A DNA stretch of 64,000 nt from Epithemia pelagica (lineage: Eukaryota; Protista; Bacillariophyta): positions 372,001-436,000 of the forward strand of contig OX337242.1 of NCBI GenBank assembly GCA_946965045.2, in the 5' to 3' direction. The notes under the pieces were generated by a model. That model did no database searches, had not been told where the DNA came from, and saw nothing but the letters and a program-made list of their open reading frames with translations. The position numbers and the translations under genes are program-made. Below are positions 43,370-54,249 of the stretch, one piece after another. The first letter of the stretch is position 1. Every line of letters starts with the position of its first letter.

Positions 43370-44463
43370 TCGTCGTGTCGTCATTTGGGTCCAACTTTTT
43401 GTGTTTTTATTTGTGGGGGCCGTCAAACGGGTATCTTGTTCTGCTTTTTCTTTTACTTGCCGTTTTTGGTTGGGAATGACGACAAGGATCTCGGACAGAC
43501 GGATCTTATTGCTGATGTTGTTGTTCTTGTTGCGCAGATAGCAGAGAAACTAGAAGCTGGTGTCAGGATGCACGACGACTGTTCGGATGATGATGATGAT
43601 GGCAATGAGTCAACCGAAAGATCTCGCCATCGTCCCACAAAAAGATCCCCTTCCCCCCTCGCCGTACGTACGCGACGTCCATCGCCTTCCGGTCGCATCA
43701 AAGTGTCCCATAATAGGGTCGCGCAAAGAAATCCGGTCGCGGAGCGGTCGAATGCCAGACGTCACCCGTCACGTTCGACCATGAGATCTCGAGTGTTACA
43801 AGCTGGTTCACGTTGCGAAGTGCATGAGTTTTTCAGAGTGGGAAATTGTATACTACACTTTATCCCACAGTACCCCAGCGTTTCGAGCCAGTTACTTTTT
43901 CATCTCCTCATATTTTGTCGCGCACATATCGTAAAATGCAAAATGCAATAACGACAAGTGACCGCTTCATGCGACAATGGCCATTCACCAGCCGAGATGC
44001 GAAGCACCACCCAACCTAATCGATAGGATAGATATAAAAGTAGTAGGAAATCATAGGGGTGACGCGCATCTCGACCTGTAGTTCAGTCTCCACAAGGAGT
44101 GAACGTATTTCCACTGCTGAGCATCGTGGACAATCATTCTCCATCTCCTTAGCTGCGCCCATACAAACAAATTAAACCTACTTCGTCTATTAGTTGCAGC
44201 AGTTCTTGTGCTTGCGGCCATGAATGGCATCGTATTTGCCCAAACATTGGGACGTCCCATTGTCACTGTCATTGTCATGGGTGCTGTGCTGCGGAAAATC
44301 ACTATAGAATTTTATGTACGATTTTTTTCCAGTACAGTCTTTTACACTAATATATTCATGCACCGTGCAACGTGAACCAGCTGGTAGAGAATTGCGCGCA
44401 AGAGCCGGAAACAATCCAGCTCTCGGTCAACAAAGGCTCCACAATCAAGCTGGGCGCTGGGCT

Positions 44464-46320
44464 TACCCCCAAGCGCCGGGGGAGTATTGAGTCGCACTTA
44501 AAAAGGGCTTTCGTATACTCACCCCCATGGCGCGATCCTGAGCTCTCGGTGTTGATACAAAATCCCAAACCACACACATTATCTCCCCACATTCATTACG
44601 GTGGCCGAGGTACGGTGCCTGTGAACGACCTTATCAATGTCTTCATCTTCCCACCGAAAGCATCGTCTCTCTCAGAAGCAAGCCCAAGAGGCTTTTGAGG
44701 CGCAAGGTGCATCCGAAGCGTCCCGAGCGTCAATGCAAGATGGCAGAAACAACAGCATCGCCAAAACTCAGAACGTATCTTCACAAGAGCTGAATCCTCC
44801 CACCCCTTCTCCATCCAATCCGTTTCCTTTCTTTCATTGGTCCAAGTCACCACCTTGGCTCTTCCTATCTACCAAACCCCTTTGGTGGTGATGATACCGC
44901 AGCACAAGGTCATCTCGAACCGAACAGCGCACAACCAACAAGCAACAGAGGTGCATCTTCCCTGTCCTTCCACCTTCTACACCGTCGTCACTCTTTGGGA
45001 CAAGTCGAGTTTGCAACTCAATCTTCGCCGGTCAAAGCATTGTATATCTCGCAAGTGTTTGAGGAGGAAAACCAAGAAGCAACTAATACCAACAATCCAA
45101 ACAACCACAACGATCCACCCAACAAAACCGCCGTTCCGCTTTCCACTCCTGAGATGCATTGCTTCAATGTATGGTTCAATCTTTCTAGTTTGATTCTCAC
45201 ACCGGCCATGGTTGTTGGTTTCATTTTGACCTTTGATTGTACCTGCGGCGTTGGTTGTCATTGTCATTCTCAAATCCAACCCACATGTGGTTTCGGCCAA
45301 TACAGCGGCCACAGTGGCTACGGCCTATTTGCCTAACTATGTGCTTTCCATTGTGACAGTGGCTGGGTGGGCAGCCATGGGACAGTACATTACCCTGCCC
45401 GATGAGAATGGTCAAACAATATGTGATCGACCATTCCATCTATTGTATTTTTATTTCCACGTTGCACCGCTCTTGTGGGCACTTGGACCAAAGCATGAGC
45501 GACACAACTGTTGATGGATCCTGTCGGTGATGAACGCTATTTCATTTGCACTTATTCTTTTTCCTTGTTGACACATGAATGACCCTGCACGTTGCTATTA
45601 CATTTAAACCATAAAATGATGTTTAGACTATCATGCGATTGTTCAATTTGAAGGATTCTCCTCCCACACACACTTTTGAATCTTATCACTAATTTCGTGT
45701 CACTGAGTGCTTTTACGAAAGCATGGTATGGGAATGGACAATGGTGACTCCACAAAGAAAACCAGCGACGGCTCGCACGGCGGACTTCTCACCACCGGTG
45801 GCGCGGACAAGAAGCAGAGGACACATGATGGGAGGGGAGGTAGGTTGCAGAGTGTGCCGCTTGCCAGTCCGTGAAGGAAAGCAATACGGGCTGCTCGAGT
45901 AGGGGTAACGCATGAGGGTTATTGATAGGAAACGGGGAAGCGAGTTGGACGGGTTGAATAGAGGTGTCGTGGGAGTTTGTTGCATGGTCATCACTGTCGT
46001 CGTTGTTGTTATGACGGAGGGCTGATAGAACCTCTGCAGTGGATACAGATTGGTTCGTTGCAGGTACCAGTGACGTCGTAGATAGCTCTTCGATAGTGTT
46101 AGTTTCCTGGGAAAAGTGTTGGAATGGGTTGGAAGGGTCCATGATTGATGCACTTGGCCTCACAAGTTTGGATCTGCGGTGAAGGCGTTGAGGTGCAAAT
46201 GATTTTGTATCAACACCAAGAAATCGCCAAATTTGGAGGACGCGCCATGGGGGTGAGAACACGAATGCATATTTTCTCCGACTCAGGCGGGATTCAAAAC
46301 TCACCCGGCGCTTGGGGGTA
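44464..46320. mobile_element. Non-autonomous Mutator (MULE)-like DNA transposon, 1857 bp
   Basis: Exact 10-bp direct repeat gcgctgggct at 44454-44463 and 46321-46330; imperfect TIRs at 44464-44564 and 46201-46320 with three identical 17-bp blocks; degenerate CxxPF...W...HxxH-type peptide inside. Confidence 0.85.
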
Positions 46321-46413
46321 GCGCTGGGCTGCGTCGAGCATTCTCCCCCGACTAGCAAACAAAGACTAGCCACGCCAAAAACAACACACCCTGCAGGCCT
46401 GCAGAACCAACTA

Positions 46414-47369
46414 CTCCCTCCGGCCTTTTTTTATCGCACAATCTATTTTTCGAAAAATCAGTCGCATAAACACCCGTCGTAGGACCTGGTACATTTCTAC
46501 AGGAGGATGGCCGGCTCATTCGGAGTCGAATTTTAGAGATGAACATTCAATGTGACACGCGCCACAACTCAACTATCCTTCTATCGCGTGACACTTTTAA
46601 CCGTTTCTGTAACAGCAGTCGAAGAACACATAGGAATCGACCACGCGCGCGTGCGTTGGATGAAATTTCGGGGGAGTTAATTAAGTCCACCGCGTGCGAG
46701 TTGCTCTGCGCACTCTCATAGCCTACTTATGATGGATCGATGAACTCCAAAAATTTTGGCGACGAAAGACAAAACACCTCTGGCAAGGTGCCATTCAGAT
46801 GGGGAAGGATAGATGAATGTCTATAGAACGTCCACAGTCATTAGCCGGCAAGTCTATGTACTTTACCCCCTCGCGGGCCTGGCTGGAGGGTGCCATCGAA
46901 ATTTCGGGGGAGTTAATTAAGTCCACCGCGTGCGAGTTGCTCTGCGCACTCTCATAGCCTACTTATGATGGATCGATGAACTCCAAAAATTTTGGCGACG
47001 AAAGACAAAACACCTCTGGCAAGGTGCCATTCAGATGGGGAAGGATAGATGAATGTCTATAGAACGTCCACAGTCATTAGCCGGCAAGTCTATGTACTTT
47101 ACCCCCTCGCGGGCCTGGCTGGAGGGTGCCATCCCTTGGGTGCGCCTGGGGGGCCAGAACCGGTACGCCAAAGTTTGGATTGCGTTTTTAGCCTCTTTTA
47201 GTTCCATGTAGCTCTTCAGGATTGTGAGATGGAACATATAAATTATACATGGAAATTTGAGTCTAGTAATAAGCTTTCGATCTATATAATTTTTAGCGCG
47301 AACGGGCTGACGCTCGAGACGTTATGTCATTTTTCTCAACTTCGTGCGATAAAAAAAGGCCGGAGGGAG
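46414..47369. mobile_element. Tc1/mariner (Stowaway-like) deletion derivative, 956 bp
   Basis: Perfect 26-bp TIR ctccctccggcctttttttatcgcac flanked by TA on both sides (46412-13, 47370-71); internal stop-containing HTH-like peptide LARGVLSFVAKIFGVHRSIISRL* on the minus strand. Confidence 0.9.
46662..47133. repeat. Identical 236-bp tandem duplication inside the mariner-like element
   Basis: 46662-46897 matches 46898-47133 with no differences seen. Confidence 0.95.
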
Positions 47370-47629
47370 TACCTAGGAGTACCTACGGACTCTCTACTCC
47401 TATGAGTACGGACTACGGAGAGACCGCTTCCACCCGGCAGTAGTGACCATATTTGAGTCCCGAAAGATCCATGACAAATTTGATCACGTAGGAGGTGTCA
47501 TCAGATGCATGCTTATGGTTGTGACTTGTGAAGCCCCTTCTACTCCCTACTCGTTTCACTTTTTGTCTTGGGTCACAAATCACGAACTCTTGGACATCCT
47601 CGACATGGCACCATCATTGGAAAAAGACG

Positions 47630-48726
47630 ATGAGTGTTTTATCAACGCATCGGCGACCTTGGTTCATTTGCTGTATTGCGATCTTTGTTCTCCACTTGTC
47701 CAACCTGCGAATCAACCTGACATCAACAACAACAACAACTCGGATTCAGCATCAAATTCTTTGGGGGTCACTGATGAACTGGACTCCAACAAAACGGATA
47801 ATAATACAACAGTGGATTCAACCACCAAAAAACATGGTCGAGAGTCTGGTTTGGAGGCAACTGAAATCCAACGATCATCAAGCAACGCTGCAGACTTGGA
47901 CCGTTCCTGGTCTCCGGCTTGTCGACCAACATGGGGCAACGATCCATCGAAAATTACTCGTCTCTATTTTGCCCATACTCGAAAAGCGGGAGGAACCTTA
48001 CTGAGAGCCATGCTGAGGAAGTTTACAAGGCTGCATAATCTTACGTATGCGTCAGCCGAAGGGGGCCCCGTCGAATCTCCCAAGCGTAGTGATACCTTGT
48101 ATGTGACCAATTTACGGCATCCCGTCTCTCGAGTGATAAGCCACTACAAATACGAAGGACGCTGGAGTTGCCGACAAACCATGATGAAACCAAATACGTC
48201 CATTCCTACACCAGAAAATGCACAAAGTCTCAAAAGCTTTGTCGACAGCGAATCTTCTATACTAGGAACGACGCCACCAAGAATCAAATCAATACCATGC
48301 TCTCCCTCCATACCGCCAACGAATCGATATTTGTGGGTGTGTGCCAAGAACTGCTACATGCGTTGGTATGGCAAGGACTTTAACTGTCTCCGCAATGTCA
48401 CCGATAGCTTCGAGACAGCGGTGGAAAATTTGTCAGAATTCAACTTGATTGTTGTCGTAGAACGTCTACAGGATCCCGTCTATTGGCATGGATTGACGCG
48501 CATGTTTGGATATCCCAATTCCACCAGGTTTAGACAGAGTGCTTACTGTGACAGTGAATCCAAGTTTTGGAATGACAAGTTTCCCCAGGTTATAAGTAAC
48601 AAGTCAATGGCTTTTGTGCATCAAGTCAATCACCGTGATATTCAGTTGTTTCATCATTTGACGCAGTGTCGGAACCAAGAGGTCTTTCCGGAACTTCCTA
48701 CAGTCTTTTCATTAGAGGAGCCATGA
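47630..48726 (+). CDS. Sulfotransferase of the Sulfotransfer_2/HS2ST-like type; signal anchor and catalytic domain appear to be in different frames
   Basis: LYFAHTRKAGGT (5'-PSB) and YVTNLRHPVSRVISHY (3'-PB) lie in ORF 47443-48726; a type II anchor MSVLSTHRRPWFICCIAIFVLHL starts at ATG 47630 in another frame. Confidence 0.8.
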
Positions 48727-49555
48727 GAACGGACCATCCCATCCACACAGTACAACAGGAGATATCGTACCAAAGAGCAATCGAGAAGAAAAGTGAATGA
48801 ATAATGAATGTACTTTATCAAGTCGAAAACCCTGGTCTATTGGTGCTACAGCCGCAACTATCCTGGTCTCTCTTGATACTGACCACAAACATAACAACCA
48901 TGCAGGACCCTTCTCCTGTTCAGACCTTCAACGAGATGCTTCAGGTATGAAAACTTTATCTTATTTGTGTAGGAGTAGTTTGTGGACGACGCATGTATGG
49001 TAGTGTTGAGACAATATCTATAGTTTACGGGACGTTTGTTGATTGCTGAACCAAAAGTTGTCCCTCGTCGCCACAAACAATAACGACGACACGATTCGCA
49101 TTCCTTTTGAACTCCATGGTGTGGCCAGTTTCTTTTACACCCGAAAGCCTTCCCAGGATCCACACTACGACGACGACACAATGGGATGATGATGGCAAAT
49201 GGCAATGCGAGTCAAAAACGCCCCATCGTCCTTCCTCCGTACGTACTCGCGACCAATCGCTCTCCGGTCGCCAAAGGATGGTCTGTACGATCTTCGATGC
49301 GTTCTTCTGATATGTATTGAGTCTCCAACAAGATAGTTGTGTGTTTGTAAAGGATTCTTGCAAGAGCCTGGAAAGATCCTACTCTCTGTCAAATAAGGTC
49401 TTCCAATCAATCTCCTCCTCCTCCTCCTCCTCCTCCTCCTCAAGCTGGACTGCTGGGAACAATACCACGCCAAAACAAGGGAGACCCTGCAGAACGTCGA
49501 CGACACGAACCAACAACACAACCATTCGAACAGGACAACCTCCATTCCCCGTAGC

Positions 49556-51097
49556 ATGGATGCGGTACAGTCGAATTATCCGACGACGACGACGACGACG
49601 ATGACGACACCCAACAAGGATGATCCCATTGGAGAATGGTTTTCCAAAATTTGTCACCATGCCGCTGCTGCTGCGTCTCGCTCTTCATCGTCGTCGACAG
49701 ACAAGGAGGAAGAGCGAGTTCCCCTACCCTCCAATTATTATTCGTATCTACTCGTGATGCAATATTCCGTCCGTCCGGCCTTGCGATACCAACAACATAT
49801 CGACCACAACGACAACAAGAACAACACCAACATGTCGTCGGCGGAAGTGATTTATCAACGAGCCGGTGTTTCGACACCCTGGATGCGGGCCCGTGGTGAT
49901 TGGTACAGTCCTCCCCACTGGCTGCGTCATGTCACGCACCAATGGTGTCGCCAAGTCATGGCGGCGGCGGCGGTGGCAACGGAGACTCCCCCACGATCCT
50001 CCTCCTCCTCCTCTGGACCCATCATGGCAGGTCGGTTGATTTGGTTGGCCACAACACCCACAAATGATGACGATGAATGCTGGTGGTCCACCGTTGTGCA
50101 ACGACAGAGTCCCACCATTCAACTGGTGGAATCACGACTCTGGGAAGACAATCCCTGGGACTGGGACCATGACGACGACGACGACGACAACGACCGAAAG
50201 GACGACCGAGAGGACGAGCGAGGAGGACTCTTGAATTCCTTGTCAGCCTTGAAGGCACACATTTTGGAATTGATGATACGAGACAATACTACGGGGGACG
50301 AGGAGAAACATACCAATCGCAACCATCATTCTGGTCATGTCGCCCTGGTCGTGTCGAGTTGTACGCCTCTTTTACTGCGTCATGGATGGTACCGCATGAA
50401 TCAATTTTGGCAAGACCTGATTCAGAGTGTGTCGGTCGGCCGCAACACTCCGACCAGCGTCGTCCTCGTGTTGCCCGTGGCGACCGAAGTGGGAGCCGCC
50501 TTGGAATCTGGACGACGACGACACCAAATACACGTGCAGGCGCTCCAAGACATGGCCCAGGGACTCTTGCACGTGGACCAAGGACAAGCGACCTGGTGGT
50601 GTCGGGGGATTCGAGAACGACATGCCCTGCGACGAATGACCTTGGGATATCGCTTTGTCGTGCCGACCACCACAACAAACACAACACCCGCAGGAGGCAA
50701 CAAGTCTCTCCTTCCAGTAGAAATGGTGGTGGTGGTCCCCGACACGGCGAGTCACAACCACAACAGCACATCAACACTAGCCGACCCGGATCCGCATGAC
50801 AAGGACACCCGCAAGGACAACTCCCACCCGTCGTCGTCGTACCAAGTACAATCATCATCATCATCCGGCCATTCGGTGACACCCAAGAACAATAATATTA
50901 AGAAAAAGATGGCCTTGACTTGGAGTGAGGAGGGTCGTCAAGGAGTGGCCCGAGATGGGACCACTCCTCCTACTACTACGGAACCAGACATGGCCGCCAC
51001 CACCACCACGACGCGTCCCACCATTTTTATGCAAGACAACGATCCCGAATTTGACGATTATGACGAAGAAGATCCCGATGACGATTTGGATATCTAA
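49556..51097 (+). CDS. ELP5: Putative Elongator subunit 5 (Iki1)-like protein (513 aa)
   Basis: The C-terminus IFMQDNDPEFDDYDEEDPDDDLDI* matches the characteristic acidic DPDDDLDI end of ELP5 proteins; the rest was not verified. Confidence 0.6.
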   Translation: MDAVQSNYPTTTTTTMTTPNKDDPIGEWFSKICHHAAAAASRSSSSSTDKEEERVPLPSNYYSYLLVMQYSVRPALRYQQHIDHNDNKNNTNMSSAEVIYQRAGVSTPWMRARGDWYSPPHWLRHVTHQWCRQVMAAAAVATETPPRSSSSSSGPIMAGRLIWLATTPTNDDDECWWSTVVQRQSPTIQLVESRLWEDNPWDWDHDDDDDDNDRKDDREDERGGLLNSLSALKAHILELMIRDNTTGDEEKHTNRNHHSGHVALVVSSCTPLLLRHGWYRMNQFWQDLIQSVSVGRNTPTSVVLVLPVATEVGAALESGRRRHQIHVQALQDMAQGLLHVDQGQATWWCRGIRERHALRRMTLGYRFVVPTTTTNTTPAGGNKSLLPVEMVVVVPDTASHNHNSTSTLADPDPHDKDTRKDNSHPSSSYQVQSSSSSGHSVTPKNNNIKKKMALTWSEEGRQGVARDGTTPPTTTEPDMAATTTTTRPTIFMQDNDPEFDDYDEEDPDDDLDI

Positions 51098-51671
51098 GAG
51101 GGAACAACCGATACTCGAATCGAACCAAACCGACCAAAGGGCAATTACTGTCGTTTTCCAAAAAAAAAGAAAACTGGAGAATCCCACATGTGGACCAAGA
51201 CGGCAAGCTCGGGGTGTCGACCATGGTTTGTTGGTTCCAAAAAGTCGTACCCACACTGGAGCTATCCAGCGACAAAAAAGTCACTCGCACAAAACACCAC
51301 TGTGGACTGTAGCAACACCAAAGGAGTGCACCAACCAGCAAGACATGGAATGGAGAATGTGACTTGATTTTTTGTGTTTGACACTTGTACTATAATATCT
51401 GAGGGCCACTCGATAGTGGTTTCATTGTCAAAACGAAACCAGGAGTACCTAGTTTAGGGGGTCATACCAAAACTGAACAAGTACCAAAACTGAACAAGAC
51501 GAGCATACAGGCTACCAGTAGTAGGAGTACATGCGGATAGCTATAGAGATTTCTTTAGAATATACTCCAGGCCTTGAGTGGTATCAACAATCAACAGGTC
51601 GTTCCTTCTTCTTCTTCTTTTTCATGGACACGTCAACACACAGATATTATATCATCACGGCAATTGGATTC

Positions 51672-52229
51672 TTATCGTTCCATTGGGTTGGGCATGGGGG
51701 TCCCAAATCGCAATTGATGATCTCGGACGCATTGTCTCCAATAGGCTTCGGGACCGGGACAACAATACAAGACACAACAGTCGTCGGGTTGCTCCGTCAA
51801 TCCATGTTTGAGTTCGTAGGCTCGTTTCAAGGTTTGACCCTGCTGCACCAGCCAACAGAGACCACCACAGGCACCGCACATGCGGCAGAGGTACAAGTGA
51901 CAACATCCCGCCAAGTGCACTTGATCGGACAAGCCCACATGGGCCGAAACGCGAAACAGCTCAAGCCATTTGTGACGGAACAGTCGATTTGGTCGAAGCC
52001 GTTACATGTGCGGCCGCCGGAGTCACGGGAACCACACTTGCCGCGTGGAAAGTCAATGTTCATTCAGGGGTGTCAATTGCACGATGGTACGTTCCATTGG
52101 TGTTCATGATCTCGACATGATCACATTCATCGTCTTACCAGTGTCGTCCTGGTTCCAGCCTTGGTGGACAGTGCCGAAATTGAAGCCACCTTTGAAAATG
52201 TCATTGCCCTGTTCAATTTGGTTCGTCAT
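51672..52229 (-). pseudogene. PLAC8-like Cys-rich protein or remnant; no clean gene model found
   Basis: LKRAYELKHGL...DDCCVLYCCPG...WRQCVR resembles the PLAC8 C-terminal half; upstream pieces lie in other frames without a fitting splice acceptor. Confidence 0.4.
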
Positions 52230-52920
52230 GAACACGCCATGACAAGGAATGCAGTGCATCGAGCCTATGAACAGCTCACCGATACCATTAATGATCGTTT
52301 TGACACCCTCACTCTAAAGCTCTTCCCTCCTGCTCCTGCTGGCAAAAAGCACGGCAAAAAGGAAAAGGGCAAGCGGCATTCAGTATAATACGCAATCGAT
52401 TTGGCTGCTTCGAACAGAAATTGAAGAGGATTGTGTTTCGGTAGACGAAGTCCTCGTACTTGGAACATGGGTGAGCATCGAAACAAAGGGGTTTCGATTC
52501 TCTGTTTTTTATTTTGATTTTACAACCTCTGTATAGTCTTGTTATCACTGATGCTTGTTCGTAGTGTACGGATTTGAATATTTATTCGTATCTTCTCCTT
52601 GGGGCCGTCATGCAGCACCAAACAGGTGAATGTGGTCTCGTTCTACCTTTACCACTCGTCGTCCTACCCTTCCCCACTCACTGAGCACTCACTGAGGAGT
52701 AAGTCACTCCCCACACTCCCACTACCTAAGCCCCAAAAATTACTGTACTTAGATTTTTTATTCTAGTGTAGTGTAGGAGTTCCCATTGTGTTGGTGCATG
52801 CTGCTGTGTTCTGTGTTGTCTTGTGTCGTTCGTGGTCGGGTCGCGAGAGGAGTGGGGGATGGAAGATCTAAGTATTCTGTCACACTATTTATACAGCAAG
52901 CACGCCTCGGAGTTTGATTG

Positions 52921-53380
52921 GCATGCAATAATTGAGAGAAATTTGATACTTAGACATAAAGCGTTATAAATCATCCGATATAATCGGATGAGGTCGCTTA
53001 AGTAACGCGGTTATTTAGAAACAATTAAGATTTCCTAGTGCCATATCGAAAGTAGGGCATGCTAAATTGTATAAAACTAATTAGGCTCACGACTACTAAG
53101 TATCCATTCAGAGAACCGATCACTTAGGAAGACCGAAAATTACCTAGGGTGCGCTGGCACGACTCCTCGTGACAAAGGAAGCTAACATACTTTAATAGCC
53201 CCGGAGGACTCCTCGTCGCAGGGCGCTCCTCGTGGCTTAACTCCTCGTCGGGCAATAGCTTCTCGTCGTGGAATGCCCCCACGATCCGCTTAAGCGGATC
53301 TCACAGGGGCAGTCCACTCCTCGTCGCTATTGCCCTTCTCGGAGTTTAGCCACTCCTCACACCCTAGCTCCTCCTCGTCC
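52921..53380. repeat. AT-rich stretch followed by a cluster of CTCCTCGT-like motifs and palindromes; probable repeat-element fragment
   Basis: About 34% GC over 52921-53100; about 7 motif copies in 53161-53380; 18-bp perfect palindrome at 53283-53300; 20-bp exact match to 27938-27957. Confidence 0.5.
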
Positions 53381-54249
53381 ACCCTCAGCTATTAAAGTAG
53401 ACTTACGACCCGCTCTACCCTTTCCTCTAACTACAATTCCGCGCAGCTGCATGTTCCTTGCTAACTCCATACCAGACTAATCTTGTGATCGAGTCTGGTT
53501 TCTCCCTGTAGAAGCCAAGTTCTTATGAAGAAGAATATACATTTCCCCTTACTCGAAGAAGACGTGTCCCGTAGTCGGACCGCGGGGGAGCTCCACATTT
53601 TCTGCATCGCCTTTTCGTTCTACATGAAGGAACCACGATGAGGAACAGGTTGTGAACGAGAGATTGCAACTGCTGGATCCTTAACTTTCTATGCAAAGCC
53701 TTTTCTCCTTTCTTGCCACTGCTTTGGAAGGACATGCCTCAATTCTCTTGTCTAGACAATTGTATAACATTCCAAATCCACAACTAATTTATCTCCTATA
53801 TATATTCCTGGTACTCAATCCATCCGCCAATGTCCGTGTTGTAAAGATTGAATGCCGTTCAGTTATGTGGATGGATCTAATTCGTAACGTGAGAATGATT
53901 CGTTCTTGGTTCCCATTCGACAAATCCTTCTCCCGGACACGCCACAGAACGTCATTGTTTGTTCGATAGGCGATTCCCCCTTGTGATTGATTGATTGAAT
54001 ATTGAGATGAAGTGGTGTGGTGTGGTTGGGACAACAAAACACGGAATCATGAGTATGTCGGTCTCAGTCCAGTGAAATGAGGGAGTGAGCGTATATGAGT
54101 GTGCGTGTGTGCATGCGTTTATGGCAAATCTATAGTGTGTGAAAACGTGAAACAAGACAAGTGATTTTTTTTCAATCTTGAAACAACAAGGGTCTGATGT
54201 GTACTGATCCAATCCATTCTTCTTCCGACTGCGCCATTCCTTCTACAGG

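Noticed and set aside
47443-47629. GTG-initiated N-terminal extension of the sulfotransferase ORF
   Set aside because: It abuts the transposon end and lacks a clean signal anchor; a better anchor exists from ATG 47630 in another frame.
52921-53100. Centromere call for the AT-rich island
   Set aside because: It is only about 180 bp at about 34% GC, too short and weak to support this from sequence alone.
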